A stretch of 64,000 nucleotides of DNA. It comes from Alphaproteobacteria bacterium (lineage in GTDB: Bacteria > Pseudomonadota > Alphaproteobacteria > Bin95). The position numbers and the translations under genes were made by a program. The notes under the pieces are model-generated. The model was not told the DNA's origin. It did no database searches and was given only the letters and a program-made list of their open reading frames with translations. The stretch spans positions 544,001 through 608,000 of the forward strand of contig OZ219787.1 in NCBI GenBank assembly GCA_964291285.2, written 5' to 3'. Positions 51,749 through 61,935 of the stretch are shown piece after piece (position 1 is the first letter of the stretch; each line of letters begins with the position of its first letter).

Positions 51749-52939
51749 ATGCAGTTCAGCCGGGCCGAGGAAGACTTCCGCGAGGAGGTGCGCGCCTTCA
51801 TTCGCGACGAGCTGCCGCCGGATGTGCGGCACAAGGTGGTCTCCGGCATGGAGATCGCCAAGGACGACTACATGCGCTGGCACCGCGCGCTCCACGAACG
51901 CGGCTGGGTCGCGCCGACCTGGCCGGAGGAGCACGGGGGCGCGGGCTGGACGCCGGTGCAGCGCTACATCTTCGACGAGGAGGCCGGGCTGGCGGGCGCG
52001 CCCAGGCTTTCCGGCTTCGGGCTCGGTATGGTGGGGCCGGTGCTGATGGCCTTCGGGTCCGAAGAGCAGAAGGCCGAGCACCTGCCGAAGATCCTCTCCG
52101 GCGAGCGCGTCTGGTGCCAGGGCTATTCCGAGCCGGGCTCCGGGTCGGACCTTGCCTCGCTCAGGACGCGCGCCGTGCGGGACGGCGACGATTATGTCAT
52201 CAACGGCCAGAAGATCTGGACCTCGCTCGCCCACCATGCCGACTGGATCTTCTGCCTGGTGCGCACGAGCGAGGAGCCGAAGAAGCAGGACGGCATCTCC
52301 TTCCTGATCTTCCCGATGACGGCGCCCGGCATCGAGGTCCGCCCGATCGTCACGATGAACGGCCTGCGCCATGTAAACGAGACCTTCTTCACCGATGTGC
52401 GCGTGCCGGCCTCGAGCCTGGTGGGCGAGGAGGGGCGGGGGTGGACGATCGCCAAATACCTGCTCCAGCACGAGCGCATGAGCGGCGGCGGCGTGGGCGA
52501 GCTCAAGACGGCGCTCAAGCGCGTCAGGGACATCGCCGCCGGGGAAGCGTCCGACGGCGGCCGGCTGATCGACAATGCGGACTTCAGGCGGCGCTGCGCC
52601 GACATCGAAATCCAGCTTCTCTCCGTCGAGCAGGTGATGCTGCGGGCGCTGGCCGCCTATTCTGCGGACCGGGAGCTCGGCGCGCTCACCTCGATGATAA
52701 AGATCAGGCGGAGCGAGGTGCAGCAGGCGATCTCGGAACTGGGCGTCGAGGCGGCGGGCTATTACGCGTTGCCGATGGACGTGAACGCGCTCCGCCACGG
52801 CTGGAACGAGGAGCCCGTCGGCGACGAGGCCTTCAACGGCCTGCTTCCGGGCTATCTCTTCCTGCGCGCCGCCTCGATCTATTCCGGCTCCAACGAGATC
52901 CAGCGCAATATCGTCGCCAAGCACCAATTGGGGCTCTAG
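51749..52939 (+). CDS. Acyl-CoA dehydrogenase (PimC-like)
   Basis: WCQGYSEPGSGSDLASL, NGQKIWTS, SIYSGSNEIQRNI motifs. Confidence 0.92.
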   Translation: MQFSRAEEDFREEVRAFIRDELPPDVRHKVVSGMEIAKDDYMRWHRALHERGWVAPTWPEEHGGAGWTPVQRYIFDEEAGLAGAPRLSGFGLGMVGPVLMAFGSEEQKAEHLPKILSGERVWCQGYSEPGSGSDLASLRTRAVRDGDDYVINGQKIWTSLAHHADWIFCLVRTSEEPKKQDGISFLIFPMTAPGIEVRPIVTMNGLRHVNETFFTDVRVPASSLVGEEGRGWTIAKYLLQHERMSGGGVGELKTALKRVRDIAAGEASDGGRLIDNADFRRRCADIEIQLLSVEQVMLRALAAYSADRELGALTSMIKIRRSEVQQAISELGVEAAGYYALPMDVNALRHGWNEEPVGDEAFNGLLPGYLFLRAASIYSGSNEIQRNIVAKHQLGL

Positions 52940-53398
52940 ATGGTCCAGAGGTCGTTTCCCGTCACCTGGGACGAGTTGCACCGCGATACGCGGGCGCTGG
53001 CCTGGCGGCTGAGCGAGGCCGGCCCGTTCCGGGGCGTAGTCGGCATCGCGCGGGGCGGGCTGGTGCCGGCGGCCATCGTGGCGCGCGAACTGGAGCTGCG
53101 TTTCGTCGAGACCGTCTGCATCTCTTCCTACGACGACCGCGACCAGCGCGACCCGGTTGTGCTGAAAGCGCTCGAAGGCGAGGACGGCGAGGGCCTGCTG
53201 ATCGTGGACGACCTCGTGGATACGGGCGTCACCGCCCGCATCGTGCGCGCCATGCTGCCCAAGGCGCATTTCGCGACCGTCTATGCCAAGCCGGCCGGGC
53301 GGCCGATGGTCGACACCACGATAACGCAGGTGAGCCAGGACACCTGGATCGTCTTCCCCTGGGACGACGACGTGCCGATCAGCGAGCAGACCGCGTAA
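52940..53398 (+). CDS. gpt: Xanthine-guanine phosphoribosyltransferase
   Basis: [25 protein letters not shown] motifs. Confidence 0.95.
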   Translation: MVQRSFPVTWDELHRDTRALAWRLSEAGPFRGVVGIARGGLVPAAIVARELELRFVETVCISSYDDRDQRDPVVLKALEGEDGEGLLIVDDLVDTGVTARIVRAMLPKAHFATVYAKPAGRPMVDTTITQVSQDTWIVFPWDDDVPISEQTA

Positions 53399-53414
53399 AG
53401 AAGCGCCCGGGGGA

Positions 53415-54269
53415 ATGGAAGAACTCGCAACCGGTTACGGCCTGATCGAAGGCCCCGTCTGGGACCCGGCCCGGCACTGCCTCTACTACTCCGACGTGCC
53501 GAACGGCGGCGTGTTCCGCCTGGACCGGGACGGCGGCGTCTCGGTGCAGTTCCCGCACCGCCGGGGCATCGGCGGCATGGCGCTGCACGAGGCCGGCGGA
53601 CTGGTGGTGGGCGGGCGGAACCTTGCCTTCAAGAGCTTCGCCGGCGGCCCGAGCCGGGTGCTGCTCGACAGTGACGTGACGGAGCACGCCATCGGCTTCA
53701 ACGATTTCACGACCGATCCGCAGGGCCGGCTGTGGGCGGGCTCGCTCGCCTTCCGGGTGTTCGGCGGGGAGGAGCCGCGGCCCGGCCACCTGCACCGGGT
53801 CGATCCCGACGGCAGCGCGCACACGCTCTCGGACGGGGTGATGCTGACCAACGGCATGGGCTTCTCGCCGGAGGGAACGCAGCTCTACCACGCGGACGCC
53901 CGCGCGGAGCTCATCCGCGTCTATGACGTGGACGAGGCGGGCGGCGTCTCTCCCTGGCGCGCGTTCGCGCGGATACCCGGCGACGTGCCGGACGGGCTTG
54001 CGGTGGCGGCCGACGGCACGGTCTGGGTGGCGCTCGCGCATGGCGGCCGGGTGGCGGTGTTCTCGCCGGAGGGCGAGGAAATCCGCTCGATCCCGGTGCC
54101 CCTGCCGATGGTCACCAGCGTCTGTTTCGGCGGCCCGGACCTCCGCGACCTCTACATCGTCACCGGCTCGCGCGGCGGCCCGCACGAGAATTGCGGCGCG
54201 GTGTTCCGCACCCGCGTCGAGGCGCCGGGCCTGCCGCTGGCCGACTGCCGGGTGCGCCTGCCGGAGTGA
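53415..54269 (+). CDS. SMP-30/gluconolactonase family protein
   Basis: EGPVWD, FNDFTTDPQGRLW, NGMGFSP, PDGLAV, TSVCFGG motifs. Confidence 0.9.
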   Translation: MEELATGYGLIEGPVWDPARHCLYYSDVPNGGVFRLDRDGGVSVQFPHRRGIGGMALHEAGGLVVGGRNLAFKSFAGGPSRVLLDSDVTEHAIGFNDFTTDPQGRLWAGSLAFRVFGGEEPRPGHLHRVDPDGSAHTLSDGVMLTNGMGFSPEGTQLYHADARAELIRVYDVDEAGGVSPWRAFARIPGDVPDGLAVAADGTVWVALAHGGRVAVFSPEGEEIRSIPVPLPMVTSVCFGGPDLRDLYIVTGSRGGPHENCGAVFRTRVEAPGLPLADCRVRLPE

Positions 54270-54303
54270 CCGGCGGGCGACGATACGAACGAAAGGACCT
54301 GCC

Positions 54304-54969
54304 GTGCGCACCACCGCTCCCAGCAACCGCTCCCGCCTGCGCCGCAAATATGAGCGCGGGCACTACGACAAGGAGAGCCTCTACGAGATCCTGGACGCCT
54401 GCCTGCTCGCGCATGTGGGCTATGTGCTGGACGGCGCCCCGGTGGTCACGCCGACGCTCTACTGGCGGGAAGGGGACCACATCTACTGGCACGGGTCCTC
54501 GGCGAGCCGGATGCTGCGCAAGTCCGCGGGTTACGAGGTCTGCCTGACGGTCTCGGAACTGGACGGCCTAGTGCTGGCGCGCTCGGGCATGCACCACTCG
54601 GTGAACTACCGCTCCGCGATGCTGTTCGGCACGGCGCGCAAGGTGACGCGCCGCGAGGACAAGATCGAGCGCATGCGCGTCTTCGTCGAACAGATGTTCC
54701 CGGGCCGCTGGGAGCAGTTGCGCGAGATCAACGAGCAGGAGGTCAAGGCGACCACCATCCTCGGCATGCCCATCGATGAGGCGGCCGCCAAGGTCCGCGC
54801 CGGCGGTCCCGTCGATGACGAGGAGGATTACGGCCACCCCGTCTGGGCCGGCGTCATCCCGTTTGCGCCCAAAACGCCCGGCGCGCCGATCCCCGACGAC
54901 CGCCAGGACCCGGACACGGCCGTGCCGGACCATGTGCGGCATTACCGGGTGGCGCGGACGGTTTCCTGA
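54304..54969 (+). CDS. Pyridoxamine 5'-phosphate oxidase-like flavin-binding protein (NimA/NimC family)
   Basis: RGHYD..ILD..HVG, YWHGSSASRM, DGLVLARSGMHHSVNYRS, WAGVIP motifs. Confidence 0.88.
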   Translation: MRTTAPSNRSRLRRKYERGHYDKESLYEILDACLLAHVGYVLDGAPVVTPTLYWREGDHIYWHGSSASRMLRKSAGYEVCLTVSELDGLVLARSGMHHSVNYRSAMLFGTARKVTRREDKIERMRVFVEQMFPGRWEQLREINEQEVKATTILGMPIDEAAAKVRAGGPVDDEEDYGHPVWAGVIPFAPKTPGAPIPDDRQDPDTAVPDHVRHYRVARTVS

Positions 54970-55084
54970 CCGCGCGGTCCCGCCCGGCCCACGCGCCTTG
55001 ACCCCGAAATGGCGGGGTGCCACCGTCCGGCGTCGATGCGGGAGCCAAACACACCGGCTCGCAAAACAGAGGGAGTACCCGAAC

Positions 55085-56233
55085 ATGAGAAGAACCGCGA
55101 CGTTTCTTGCCGCGCTTGCCGCCGCCGCAATGGCGGGCGGTTCCGCCGGCCATGCCGGAGAGGTCAAACTGCCGGACACGCTCGTGACCACGGCCTACAA
55201 CACGGGCACGACCGGCTACAGCCAGATGATCGCCGTCGGCGGCATGCTGAAGAAGCGCTACAACGTCAATCTCCGCGTGCTGCCCGGCAAGAACGACGTG
55301 GCGCGGCTCGCGCCCGTGAAAGCCGGCAAGGCCCAGTTCACCGCGACCGGCTCCGACAGCGTCTACGCGCAGGAGGCGGTCTTCGCGTTCGGCGGTGAAA
55401 AATGGGGGCCGTCGCCCGTCCGTCTTCTCATGCTCAACCGCGGCAAGGGCTGCACGACCTTCGCCGTCGCGAAAGACGTGGGCGTGAAGACCATGGCGGA
55501 CCTCAAGGGCAAGCGTATCGGCTGGGTGCGGGGCTCGCCTGCGCTGCAGAAGGCCGTCGAGGCGCTGCTCGGCTTCGCTGACCTGACCATGAACGACGTG
55601 CAGCTGGTCGAGGTCGGCGGCTGGGCGGCCTCGATCAACGGCATCATCGACGGCGACATCGACGCCTCGATCACCTCGTCGAGCTCGACCTTCATGAAGA
55701 AGATGGAAGCGAGCCCGCGCGGCGTCTACCACCCGCCGCTGCCGCACTCCGACAGCGAGGGCTGGGCGCGCGTGCAGAACGTCGTGCCCTGGTACGTGCA
55801 GGGCATCTGCACGCACGGCCCCGGCGTGCCGGGCGGAAGCCAGGAATCCATCGCCAGCATCTATCCCATCCTGATCGGCACCACGGCGGTCTCCGATGAG
55901 GTCGCCTACAGCCTGACCAAGGCGATGGTGACGCATTTCGACGACTACAAGGACGGCGCGCCGGCGGCGGACGGCTGGGCGCTGGACCGCCAGCTTTACA
56001 ACTTCTACCTGCCGATGCATCCGGGCTCCATCGCCTTCTACAAGGAGGCGGGCACCTGGACCGCCGAGGGCCAGGCGAACCAGGAGGACAAGCTGCGCCG
56101 CCAGGATGTCCTGAAGACGGCGTGGGACGCCCATGTGGCGAGCGGGCCCGCCGACTTCGTGAAGGAATGGCAGGCGTCCAGGGCGAAGGCGCTGAGCGAC
56201 GCCGGGTTCGAGCCGGTCTTCACCACCTGGTAA
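55085..56233 (+). CDS. TAXI-family TRAP transporter solute-binding protein
   Basis: Signal peptide, TAYNTGTTGY, DLKGKRI, PMHPGSIAFYKE; upstream of a fused TRAP permease. Confidence 0.88.
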   Translation: MRRTATFLAALAAAAMAGGSAGHAGEVKLPDTLVTTAYNTGTTGYSQMIAVGGMLKKRYNVNLRVLPGKNDVARLAPVKAGKAQFTATGSDSVYAQEAVFAFGGEKWGPSPVRLLMLNRGKGCTTFAVAKDVGVKTMADLKGKRIGWVRGSPALQKAVEALLGFADLTMNDVQLVEVGGWAASINGIIDGDIDASITSSSSTFMKKMEASPRGVYHPPLPHSDSEGWARVQNVVPWYVQGICTHGPGVPGGSQESIASIYPILIGTTAVSDEVAYSLTKAMVTHFDDYKDGAPAADGWALDRQLYNFYLPMHPGSIAFYKEAGTWTAEGQANQEDKLRRQDVLKTAWDAHVASGPADFVKEWQASRAKALSDAGFEPVFTTW

Positions 56234-56240
56234 TCCGGAC

Positions 56241-56273
56241 CCGGACGGGGCGGCCGCCGGCCGCTCCGTCCGG
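56241..56273 (+). other. Intercistronic stem-loop between binding protein and permease
   Basis: CCGGACGGGGCGGCC-GCC-GGCCGCTCCGTCCGG, 15-bp stem with one G-U pair. Confidence 0.6.
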
Positions 56274-56303
56274 CTTTCGACCTGAACGGGGGGCGCCGGA
56301 GCC

Positions 56304-58316
56304 ATGTCCGACAAACCGGCCGCGGAAACCGGCGGCGAGGTCCAGGACCTCGAACTGTCCCGCTATCGCAGCCCGGGGCGCTGGTGGGTCTCGGTCGCCT
56401 TCCTGCTGACCGCCATATCCGTCGCGCTGGCGGCCAACCAGATATTCCGCCTGAACTTCTTCAAGAACGTCACCGGCCACGTCCTCGTCGATCAGCAATA
56501 CATGTATCTGATCCTCGGCTCGATGCTGGCGATGCTGTTCATCTTCATGCCGGCCTACAAATCGGCGCCGCGCCGCAGGGTCCCGCTCTACGACGTCGCG
56601 GCCTTTGCGCTGACGCTCGTCATGACCGCCTATTTCACCTGGCACGGCGAGGCCATCAACGAGGAGATCTGGGCCGAGACCTTCCTGGCGCCCTGGCACG
56701 CGCCCTGGTTCGCCGTGGCGCTCTGGCTGCTGATCCTCGAGGGCGGGCGGCGCGCGGGCGGCTGGCCGGTGTTCGGCGTGTGCCTGATCGCCTCCTTCCT
56801 GCCGGTCTATCTGAACGTCATCGTGCCGGACGCCGCCGTCGAGCGCACGGTGATGGAGACGGCCTCCTACCACGTCTATTCGGAAGAGAGCGTGCTCGGC
56901 ATCCCGATGCGCGCCTTCACGACGCTGGTCTTCGGCTTCCTGCTGTTCGGCAACGCGCTGGTCTATACCGGCGGCGGCCAGTTCTTCATCAATCTCGCCT
57001 TCGCGCTTCTCGGCCATGTGCGCGGCGGCCCCGCCAAGGTCGCGATCTTCTCCTCCGGCCTGTTCGGATCCATGTCGGGGGGGCCGATCACCAACGTGCT
57101 GACCACCGGCGCGCTCACCATCCCCGCCATGAAGCGCATCGGCGTGCGTCCGAAGACCGCCGGCGCCATCGAGGCCTGCGCTTCGACCGGCGGCACGATG
57201 ATGCCGCCGATCATGGGCGCCACCGCCTTCGTCATGGCGGACTTCCTCGACGTGTCCTACCTGACGGTCGCCATCGCCGCGCTGGTGCCGTCGCTGCTCT
57301 ACTATCTGGGCCTGTTCATGCAGATCGACGGCTATGCCGCGCAGAACAGGCTGGTCGGCCTCGACCGCTCGGAACTGCCGACGCTCGGGGCCGTGTTCAG
57401 GGACGGCTGGTACTATGTGGCCGCCTTCGGCGTGCTGATCTACCTGCTCGTCTTCCTCTGGCGGGAGGCGCAGGCGCCGTTCTACGCCACCCTGCTGCTG
57501 CTGGCCGTCAACCAGTTCAACCGGAACCACCGGCTGAGCTGGGAGACCTTCAAGACCTACATCTACTCGACGGGCGGCCTGCTGGCGGAACTCGCCGGGC
57601 TGCTCGCCGCGGTCGGCCTCGTCGTTGGCGCGCTGCAGGCGACCGGCATGACGGGGTCGATCACCAACGACCTCGTCAACCTCGCCGGCGACACGCCCTT
57701 CGTCCTGCTCCTCATGGGAGCGGTAACGAGCTTCATCCTCGGCATGGGGATGACGGTGACGGCGGCCTACATCTTCCTCGCCATCATCCTGGCGCCGGCG
57801 CTCATCAAGATCGGCATGAACCCGATGGCGGTGCACATGTTCGTGCTCTACTGGGGCATGCTGTCCTTCATCACGCCGCCGGTGGCGCTGGCGGCGTTCG
57901 CGGCGGCGTCGGTCGCCAAATGCGAGCCGCTGGAGACCGGCTTCGAGGCGATGCGGATCGGCGCGGTGATCTACGTCATCCCGTTCTTCTTCGTCTTCAA
58001 CCCCGCCCTGCTGCTCCAGGGCGCGCCGGGAGAGACGGTCGTCGTCCTGATTACCGCCGTGTGCGGCATCCTGCTGGTCAGCGCGGGCCTCCAGGGTTAC
58101 CTGCTTGGCGTCGGCGATGTCGGCCGCGGGCCGCCTGGATGGATCGCGCGCCTGTCGCTGGCGCTCGGCGGGGCCACGCTCGCCGCGCCGGGCGGCGGCA
58201 TGATCGGCATCGGGCACACGGAACTCACGCTGATCGCCGTGGCCGTGGCGGCGCCCGGCGTCCTGATCGCCTTCGCCCGCGCCCGCGCCCGCTCCCGCCG
58301 CGCCGCCGTCCCGTGA
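56304..58316 (+). CDS. TRAP transporter 4TM/12TM fused permease
   Basis: RGGPAKVAI, EACASTGG..MPPIMGATAF, ITPPVALAAF motifs. Confidence 0.93.
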   Translation: MSDKPAAETGGEVQDLELSRYRSPGRWWVSVAFLLTAISVALAANQIFRLNFFKNVTGHVLVDQQYMYLILGSMLAMLFIFMPAYKSAPRRRVPLYDVAAFALTLVMTAYFTWHGEAINEEIWAETFLAPWHAPWFAVALWLLILEGGRRAGGWPVFGVCLIASFLPVYLNVIVPDAAVERTVMETASYHVYSEESVLGIPMRAFTTLVFGFLLFGNALVYTGGGQFFINLAFALLGHVRGGPAKVAIFSSGLFGSMSGGPITNVLTTGALTIPAMKRIGVRPKTAGAIEACASTGGTMMPPIMGATAFVMADFLDVSYLTVAIAALVPSLLYYLGLFMQIDGYAAQNRLVGLDRSELPTLGAVFRDGWYYVAAFGVLIYLLVFLWREAQAPFYATLLLLAVNQFNRNHRLSWETFKTYIYSTGGLLAELAGLLAAVGLVVGALQATGMTGSITNDLVNLAGDTPFVLLLMGAVTSFILGMGMTVTAAYIFLAIILAPALIKIGMNPMAVHMFVLYWGMLSFITPPVALAAFAAASVAKCEPLETGFEAMRIGAVIYVIPFFFVFNPALLLQGAPGETVVVLITAVCGILLVSAGLQGYLLGVGDVGRGPPGWIARLSLALGGATLAAPGGGMIGIGHTELTLIAVAVAAPGVLIAFARARARSRRAAVP

Positions 58317-58331
58317 TGCCGGCCGGGCGGG

Positions 58332-59522
58332 TCAGTCCCCGCCGCCGGCCACGAGCGCGGCGTAGCTCTCCGGGTCGGTCGCGGCTTCGGAGCCGACCAG
58401 CAGCACGCGGGACTCCCCGTCGAGGCCGAGCGCGGAGCGCAAGTCGTCGCTTCGGGCGGCGGCGATGAGGGCCGCGAGCCCGGCGACCGCGCTTTCGCCG
58501 GCCTCGATCTCCGGGTCGCCGCCGGCCGGGCGCGCGAGCAGGCGCATGGCGGGGCCGGTGAAGCTCTCCGGCACCGTCAGGAAGTCGCTTGCCTCCTCCG
58601 ACAGAATCTCCCAGGCCAGCGCCGAGGGCTCGCCGCAGGAGAGGCCGGCCATCAGCGTCTCCTCTTCGATGCGGATGTCCGTCCTGCCCCCGGCCCGCGC
58701 GCTCGCGAACAGGCAGGCGGCAAGCTCGGGCTCCACCACCACGATGCGCGGCGCCTCCCTGCCCCAGTGCTGGCGGAGGCCCGCGGCGACGGCGGCCGCC
58801 AGCCCGCCCACGCCCGCCTGCAGGAAAGCATGGGTCGGCGGCCGGTCCAGCGCATCGCGCACCTCTTTCACCATCACGCCGTAGCCCGCCATCACGTCGC
58901 GCGGCACCTCCGTGTAGCCCGGCCAGGAGGTGTCCGAGACCGCGAACCAGCCGTTCGCTTCCGCCTCCTCGCGGGAGAGCCTAACCGAGTCGTCGTAATT
59001 GCCGTCGATCCGCACCACTTCGGCGCCGAGCGCGCGCATGGCCTCCGCGCGGGCCTCGCTCACCCCGGCATGGATATGGATGCGGCAGGCGGCGCCGAAC
59101 CGCCGGCAGCCCCAGGCCAGCGCGCGGCCGTGATTGCCGTCCGTCGCCGCCACCAGAGTGACCCGGGACGCAAGCGCCGCATGCCTGCCCTCGCGGATAT
59201 CCGCCGCCGGAACGGGCCGCCCGAGCGCTGCCGAAACCTCCCGTTGCAGCACAAGCAGCGCCGCATAGGCCCCGCCCAGCGCCTTGAAGCTGCCGAGCCC
59301 GAAGCGCGGCCCCTCGTCCTTGTAGAGCACCCCGGCGATGCCCAGCGCCCCGGCGAGCGCGTCCAGCTCCAGCAGCGGCGTCGGCGCGTAGCCTTCCCAC
59401 GCGGCAATCTCGCCGACCGCCCCGGCAAAGTCCGCGGCCGAAATCACACGGCTTGCGGCGTCCCCGCTCCGGCAGAGCCCCGCGGCATGGCCCATCCGCG
59501 CGCCGTCGAACCCGTCCAGCAT
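58332..59522 (-). CDS. Diaminopropionate ammonia-lyase family PLP enzyme
   Basis: KDEGPRFGLGSFKALGG, ATDGNHG, SDTSWPGY, MAGLSCGEPS motifs. Confidence 0.9.
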   Translation of the reverse strand: MLDGFDGARMGHAAGLCRSGDAASRVISAADFAGAVGEIAAWEGYAPTPLLELDALAGALGIAGVLYKDEGPRFGLGSFKALGGAYAALLVLQREVSAALGRPVPAADIREGRHAALASRVTLVAATDGNHGRALAWGCRRFGAACRIHIHAGVSEARAEAMRALGAEVVRIDGNYDDSVRLSREEAEANGWFAVSDTSWPGYTEVPRDVMAGYGVMVKEVRDALDRPPTHAFLQAGVGGLAAAVAAGLRQHWGREAPRIVVVEPELAACLFASARAGGRTDIRIEEETLMAGLSCGEPSALAWEILSEEASDFLTVPESFTGPAMRLLARPAGGDPEIEAGESAVAGLAALIAAARSDDLRSALGLDGESRVLLVGSEAATDPESYAALVAGGGD

Positions 59523-59648
59523 CCGGCCCGTCCCCTAGCTTGCGAGGTCGCCGGCATGGCAGCAGCGGCCGCACTTGTCGAGGCCCCTTTGCCGCCGGCC
59601 CCGGACATGCTGCACTCCGCCGGCTCAACGAGACCCGGGAAGACGGCG

Positions 59649-60851
59649 ATGGAACAGCTCAGGACGATCCGCAACGGCGCGAAGGCCGTCCCCACATTCT
59701 CCGCCGCCGAGATGGAGCGCCGGCTGGCCGCGCTGCGCGCACATATGGCGGAGAAGCGGATCGACGCCTGCCTGTTCACCTCCTATCACAACATCGCCTA
59801 TTTCAGCGATTTCCTCTATTGCGCCTTCGGCCGCCCCTTCGGCCTCGTCGTCACCCATGACGGCCAGACGACGATCACGCCGAATGTGGACGGCGGCCAG
59901 CCGGCGCGCCGCAGCTTCGGCGACAATCTCGTCTATACCGACTGGCACCGGGACAATTATTTCGCCGCCGTGAAGACCCTGATCCCGGACGGCCGGCGGG
60001 TCGGCGTCGAGTTCGACCACCTGACCGTGGAGAACTTTCGCAAGCTGCAGGGCGCGCTGCCGGCCTCGGAACTGGTCGATGCCGGCAAACCCGCCATGGC
60101 CATGCGCATGGTGAAGTCCGCCGAGGAGATCGCCTGGATAAAGGAGGGCGCGCGCATCGCCGACATGGGCGGGGCGGCGGCCGTGGAGGCCATCGCCGTC
60201 GGCGTGCCGGAACATGAGGTGGCGCTTCATGCCACACAGGCCATGGTGCGCGGGATCGCCCGCAGCCAGCCGCATGTCGAACTCATGGACACATGGTCCT
60301 GGCTCCAGTCCGGCCCCAACAGCGACGGCGCCCACAACCCCGTCACCTCGCGCCGGATCGAGCGCGGCGACATCATGGTGCTGAACTGCTTCCCGATGAT
60401 GGCCGGCTATTACACGGCGCTCGAACGCACGCTGTTCGCGGAGGAGTGCTCCAACGCGCATCTGCGGCTCTGGCGGATCAATGTCGAGGTCCACGAGGCG
60501 GGCCTGGCGCTCATCCGCCCCGGCGCGCGCTGCCGCGACATCGCCGCCGAACTCAACGCCATCTACGAGGGCTACGGCCTTCTGGAGAACCGCAGCTTCG
60601 GCTACGGCCACAGCTTCGGCATCCTCTCCCACTATTACGGCCGCGAGGCCGGCCTGGAACTGCGCGAGGACGTGGACACCGTGCTTGAGCCCGGCATGGT
60701 GCTCTCGATGGAGCCGATGATGACCATCCCCGAAGACCGACCCGGCGCCGGCGGCTACCGCGAACACGACATCCTGGTGGTGACGGAGGACGGCGCGGAG
60801 AACATCACCGGGTTTCCCTACGGGCCGGAGCACAACATTGTGGGCGGTTAG
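59649..60851 (+). CDS. Creatinase (creatine amidinohydrolase)
   Basis: FTSYHNIAYFSDFLYC, QSGPNSDGAHNPVT, HYYGREAGLELRED, GAGGYREHDIL, FPYGPEHNI motifs. Confidence 0.93.
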   Translation: MEQLRTIRNGAKAVPTFSAAEMERRLAALRAHMAEKRIDACLFTSYHNIAYFSDFLYCAFGRPFGLVVTHDGQTTITPNVDGGQPARRSFGDNLVYTDWHRDNYFAAVKTLIPDGRRVGVEFDHLTVENFRKLQGALPASELVDAGKPAMAMRMVKSAEEIAWIKEGARIADMGGAAAVEAIAVGVPEHEVALHATQAMVRGIARSQPHVELMDTWSWLQSGPNSDGAHNPVTSRRIERGDIMVLNCFPMMAGYYTALERTLFAEECSNAHLRLWRINVEVHEAGLALIRPGARCRDIAAELNAIYEGYGLLENRSFGYGHSFGILSHYYGREAGLELREDVDTVLEPGMVLSMEPMMTIPEDRPGAGGYREHDILVVTEDGAENITGFPYGPEHNIVGG

Positions 60852-60920
60852 GGCGGCCCCGTCGCGGGCGGCGGACCCTATGGCCGCCATCCGGTGGCCA
60901 TAGCCGCTTTCCGGGACTGG

Positions 60921-60974
60921 ACGAAAGTCCGCTTCATCGACGAGGCGGGCGACCTCGGAACGCTGCCTTCCCCG
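60921..60974 (+). pseudogene. Tiny DUF3800-like gene remnant
   Basis: ACG AAA GTC CGC TTC ATC GAC GAG GCG GGC GAC CTC GGA reads (T)KVRFIDEAGDLG, like the DUF3800 N-terminal xIDE(S/A)G motif with a decayed ATG. Confidence 0.35.
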
Positions 60975-61031
60975 GTCTTCACCGAAACCTCTTCCATCCA
61001 CGCAGGTTGGGAGTCGCCATTTCGCCGCCAA

Positions 61032-61054
61032 AGATATACAATGTAGATATACAA
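61032..61054 (+). promoter_or_regulatory. mazEF operator/promoter
   Basis: Direct repeat AGATATACAA x2 around TACAATGTAGAT, similar to the E. coli mazEF operator; TACAAT -10; AAGGAGG RBS follows. Confidence 0.7.
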
Positions 61055-61066
61055 GGAGGCATTCCT

Positions 61067-61306
61067 ATGGGCACGAACCTGCAGGTCGGGAAGTGGGGAG
61101 GCAGTCTGGCCGTGCGTATCCCCAAGGCGGTTGCAGAGCAATGCGGGATATCGGAAGGGGCCGCGATGGAGATGGACGTGCAGTCCGGCCGGATCGTGAT
61201 GTGGAAACGGCGCTACGACCTCGAAGACATGGTGAACCGGATCACGCCCGAGAACCTGCATCCGGAAGAGGATACGGGACCCTCGCGAGGCAACGAGCGG
61301 TGGTAG
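61067..61306 (+). CDS. mazE: MazE/AbrB-family antitoxin
   Basis: KWGGSLAVRIPK and YDLEDMVNRITPENLHPE..G.ERW. Confidence 0.92.
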   Translation: MGTNLQVGKWGGSLAVRIPKAVAEQCGISEGAAMEMDVQSGRIVMWKRRYDLEDMVNRITPENLHPEEDTGPSRGNERW

Positions 61307-61935
61307 CCGGCGACTACATCCCGGACAGGGGGGACCTTGTGTGGCTGGAGTTCACGCCGCAGGCGGGCCGTGAGCAGGCCGGGCGCCGCCCCGCCCTGGT
61401 TCTGAGTCCGCGGAACTATAACGACAGAAGCAGTCTGGCGCTGCTCTGCCCGATCACTTCCAGGGTCCGGGGCTATCCCTTCGAGGTGCAGCTTCCACCA
61501 TCGGGCCCTGTCACCGGCGTCGTGCTTGCGGATCAGCTGAGAAGCCAGGACTGGCGGGCGAGGCACGCGAAATTCGCGGCGCGCGCTTCGCCGCAAACAC
61601 TATCCGAGACGCAGGAAAAAACCGGCGTTCTCATGTTCCCCAACCTTCCCGAATCAACTCAATCGATAAAGAGGGCGGAGCTTCTCAGGGCTGCGGATGC
61701 GTTTGCCGGCATGTTCGAACTGGTTTTCGACCATGACTGGCCGACTACCCGGGACAATCTGGCGAATCCCGCCCATCTCATCGATGAGCGAGGGACTTTC
61801 ATCCGACCTCTGATGGAGGACGAAAGCAACAATTGGGCCAATCGCGGCGCTTTGCTCGGCGCCTATCGCAAACTCCTGCGGTGCATGGAGGATTGCGGTA
61901 TCCAGCGGGAGGAGCTGTGGGAAACCCGCACATAG
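61300..61935 (+). CDS. mazF: MazF endoribonuclease toxin with ~100-aa C-terminal extension
   Basis: YIPDRGDLVWLEFTPQAGREQAGRRPALVLSP..CPITS..GYPFEV..LADQLRSQDW; the ORF continues about 100 aa past the normal MazF end. Confidence 0.85.
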   Translation: MVAGDYIPDRGDLVWLEFTPQAGREQAGRRPALVLSPRNYNDRSSLALLCPITSRVRGYPFEVQLPPSGPVTGVVLADQLRSQDWRARHAKFAARASPQTLSETQEKTGVLMFPNLPESTQSIKRAELLRAADAFAGMFELVFDHDWPTTRDNLANPAHLIDERGTFIRPLMEDESNNWANRGALLGAYRKLLRCMEDCGIQREELWETRT

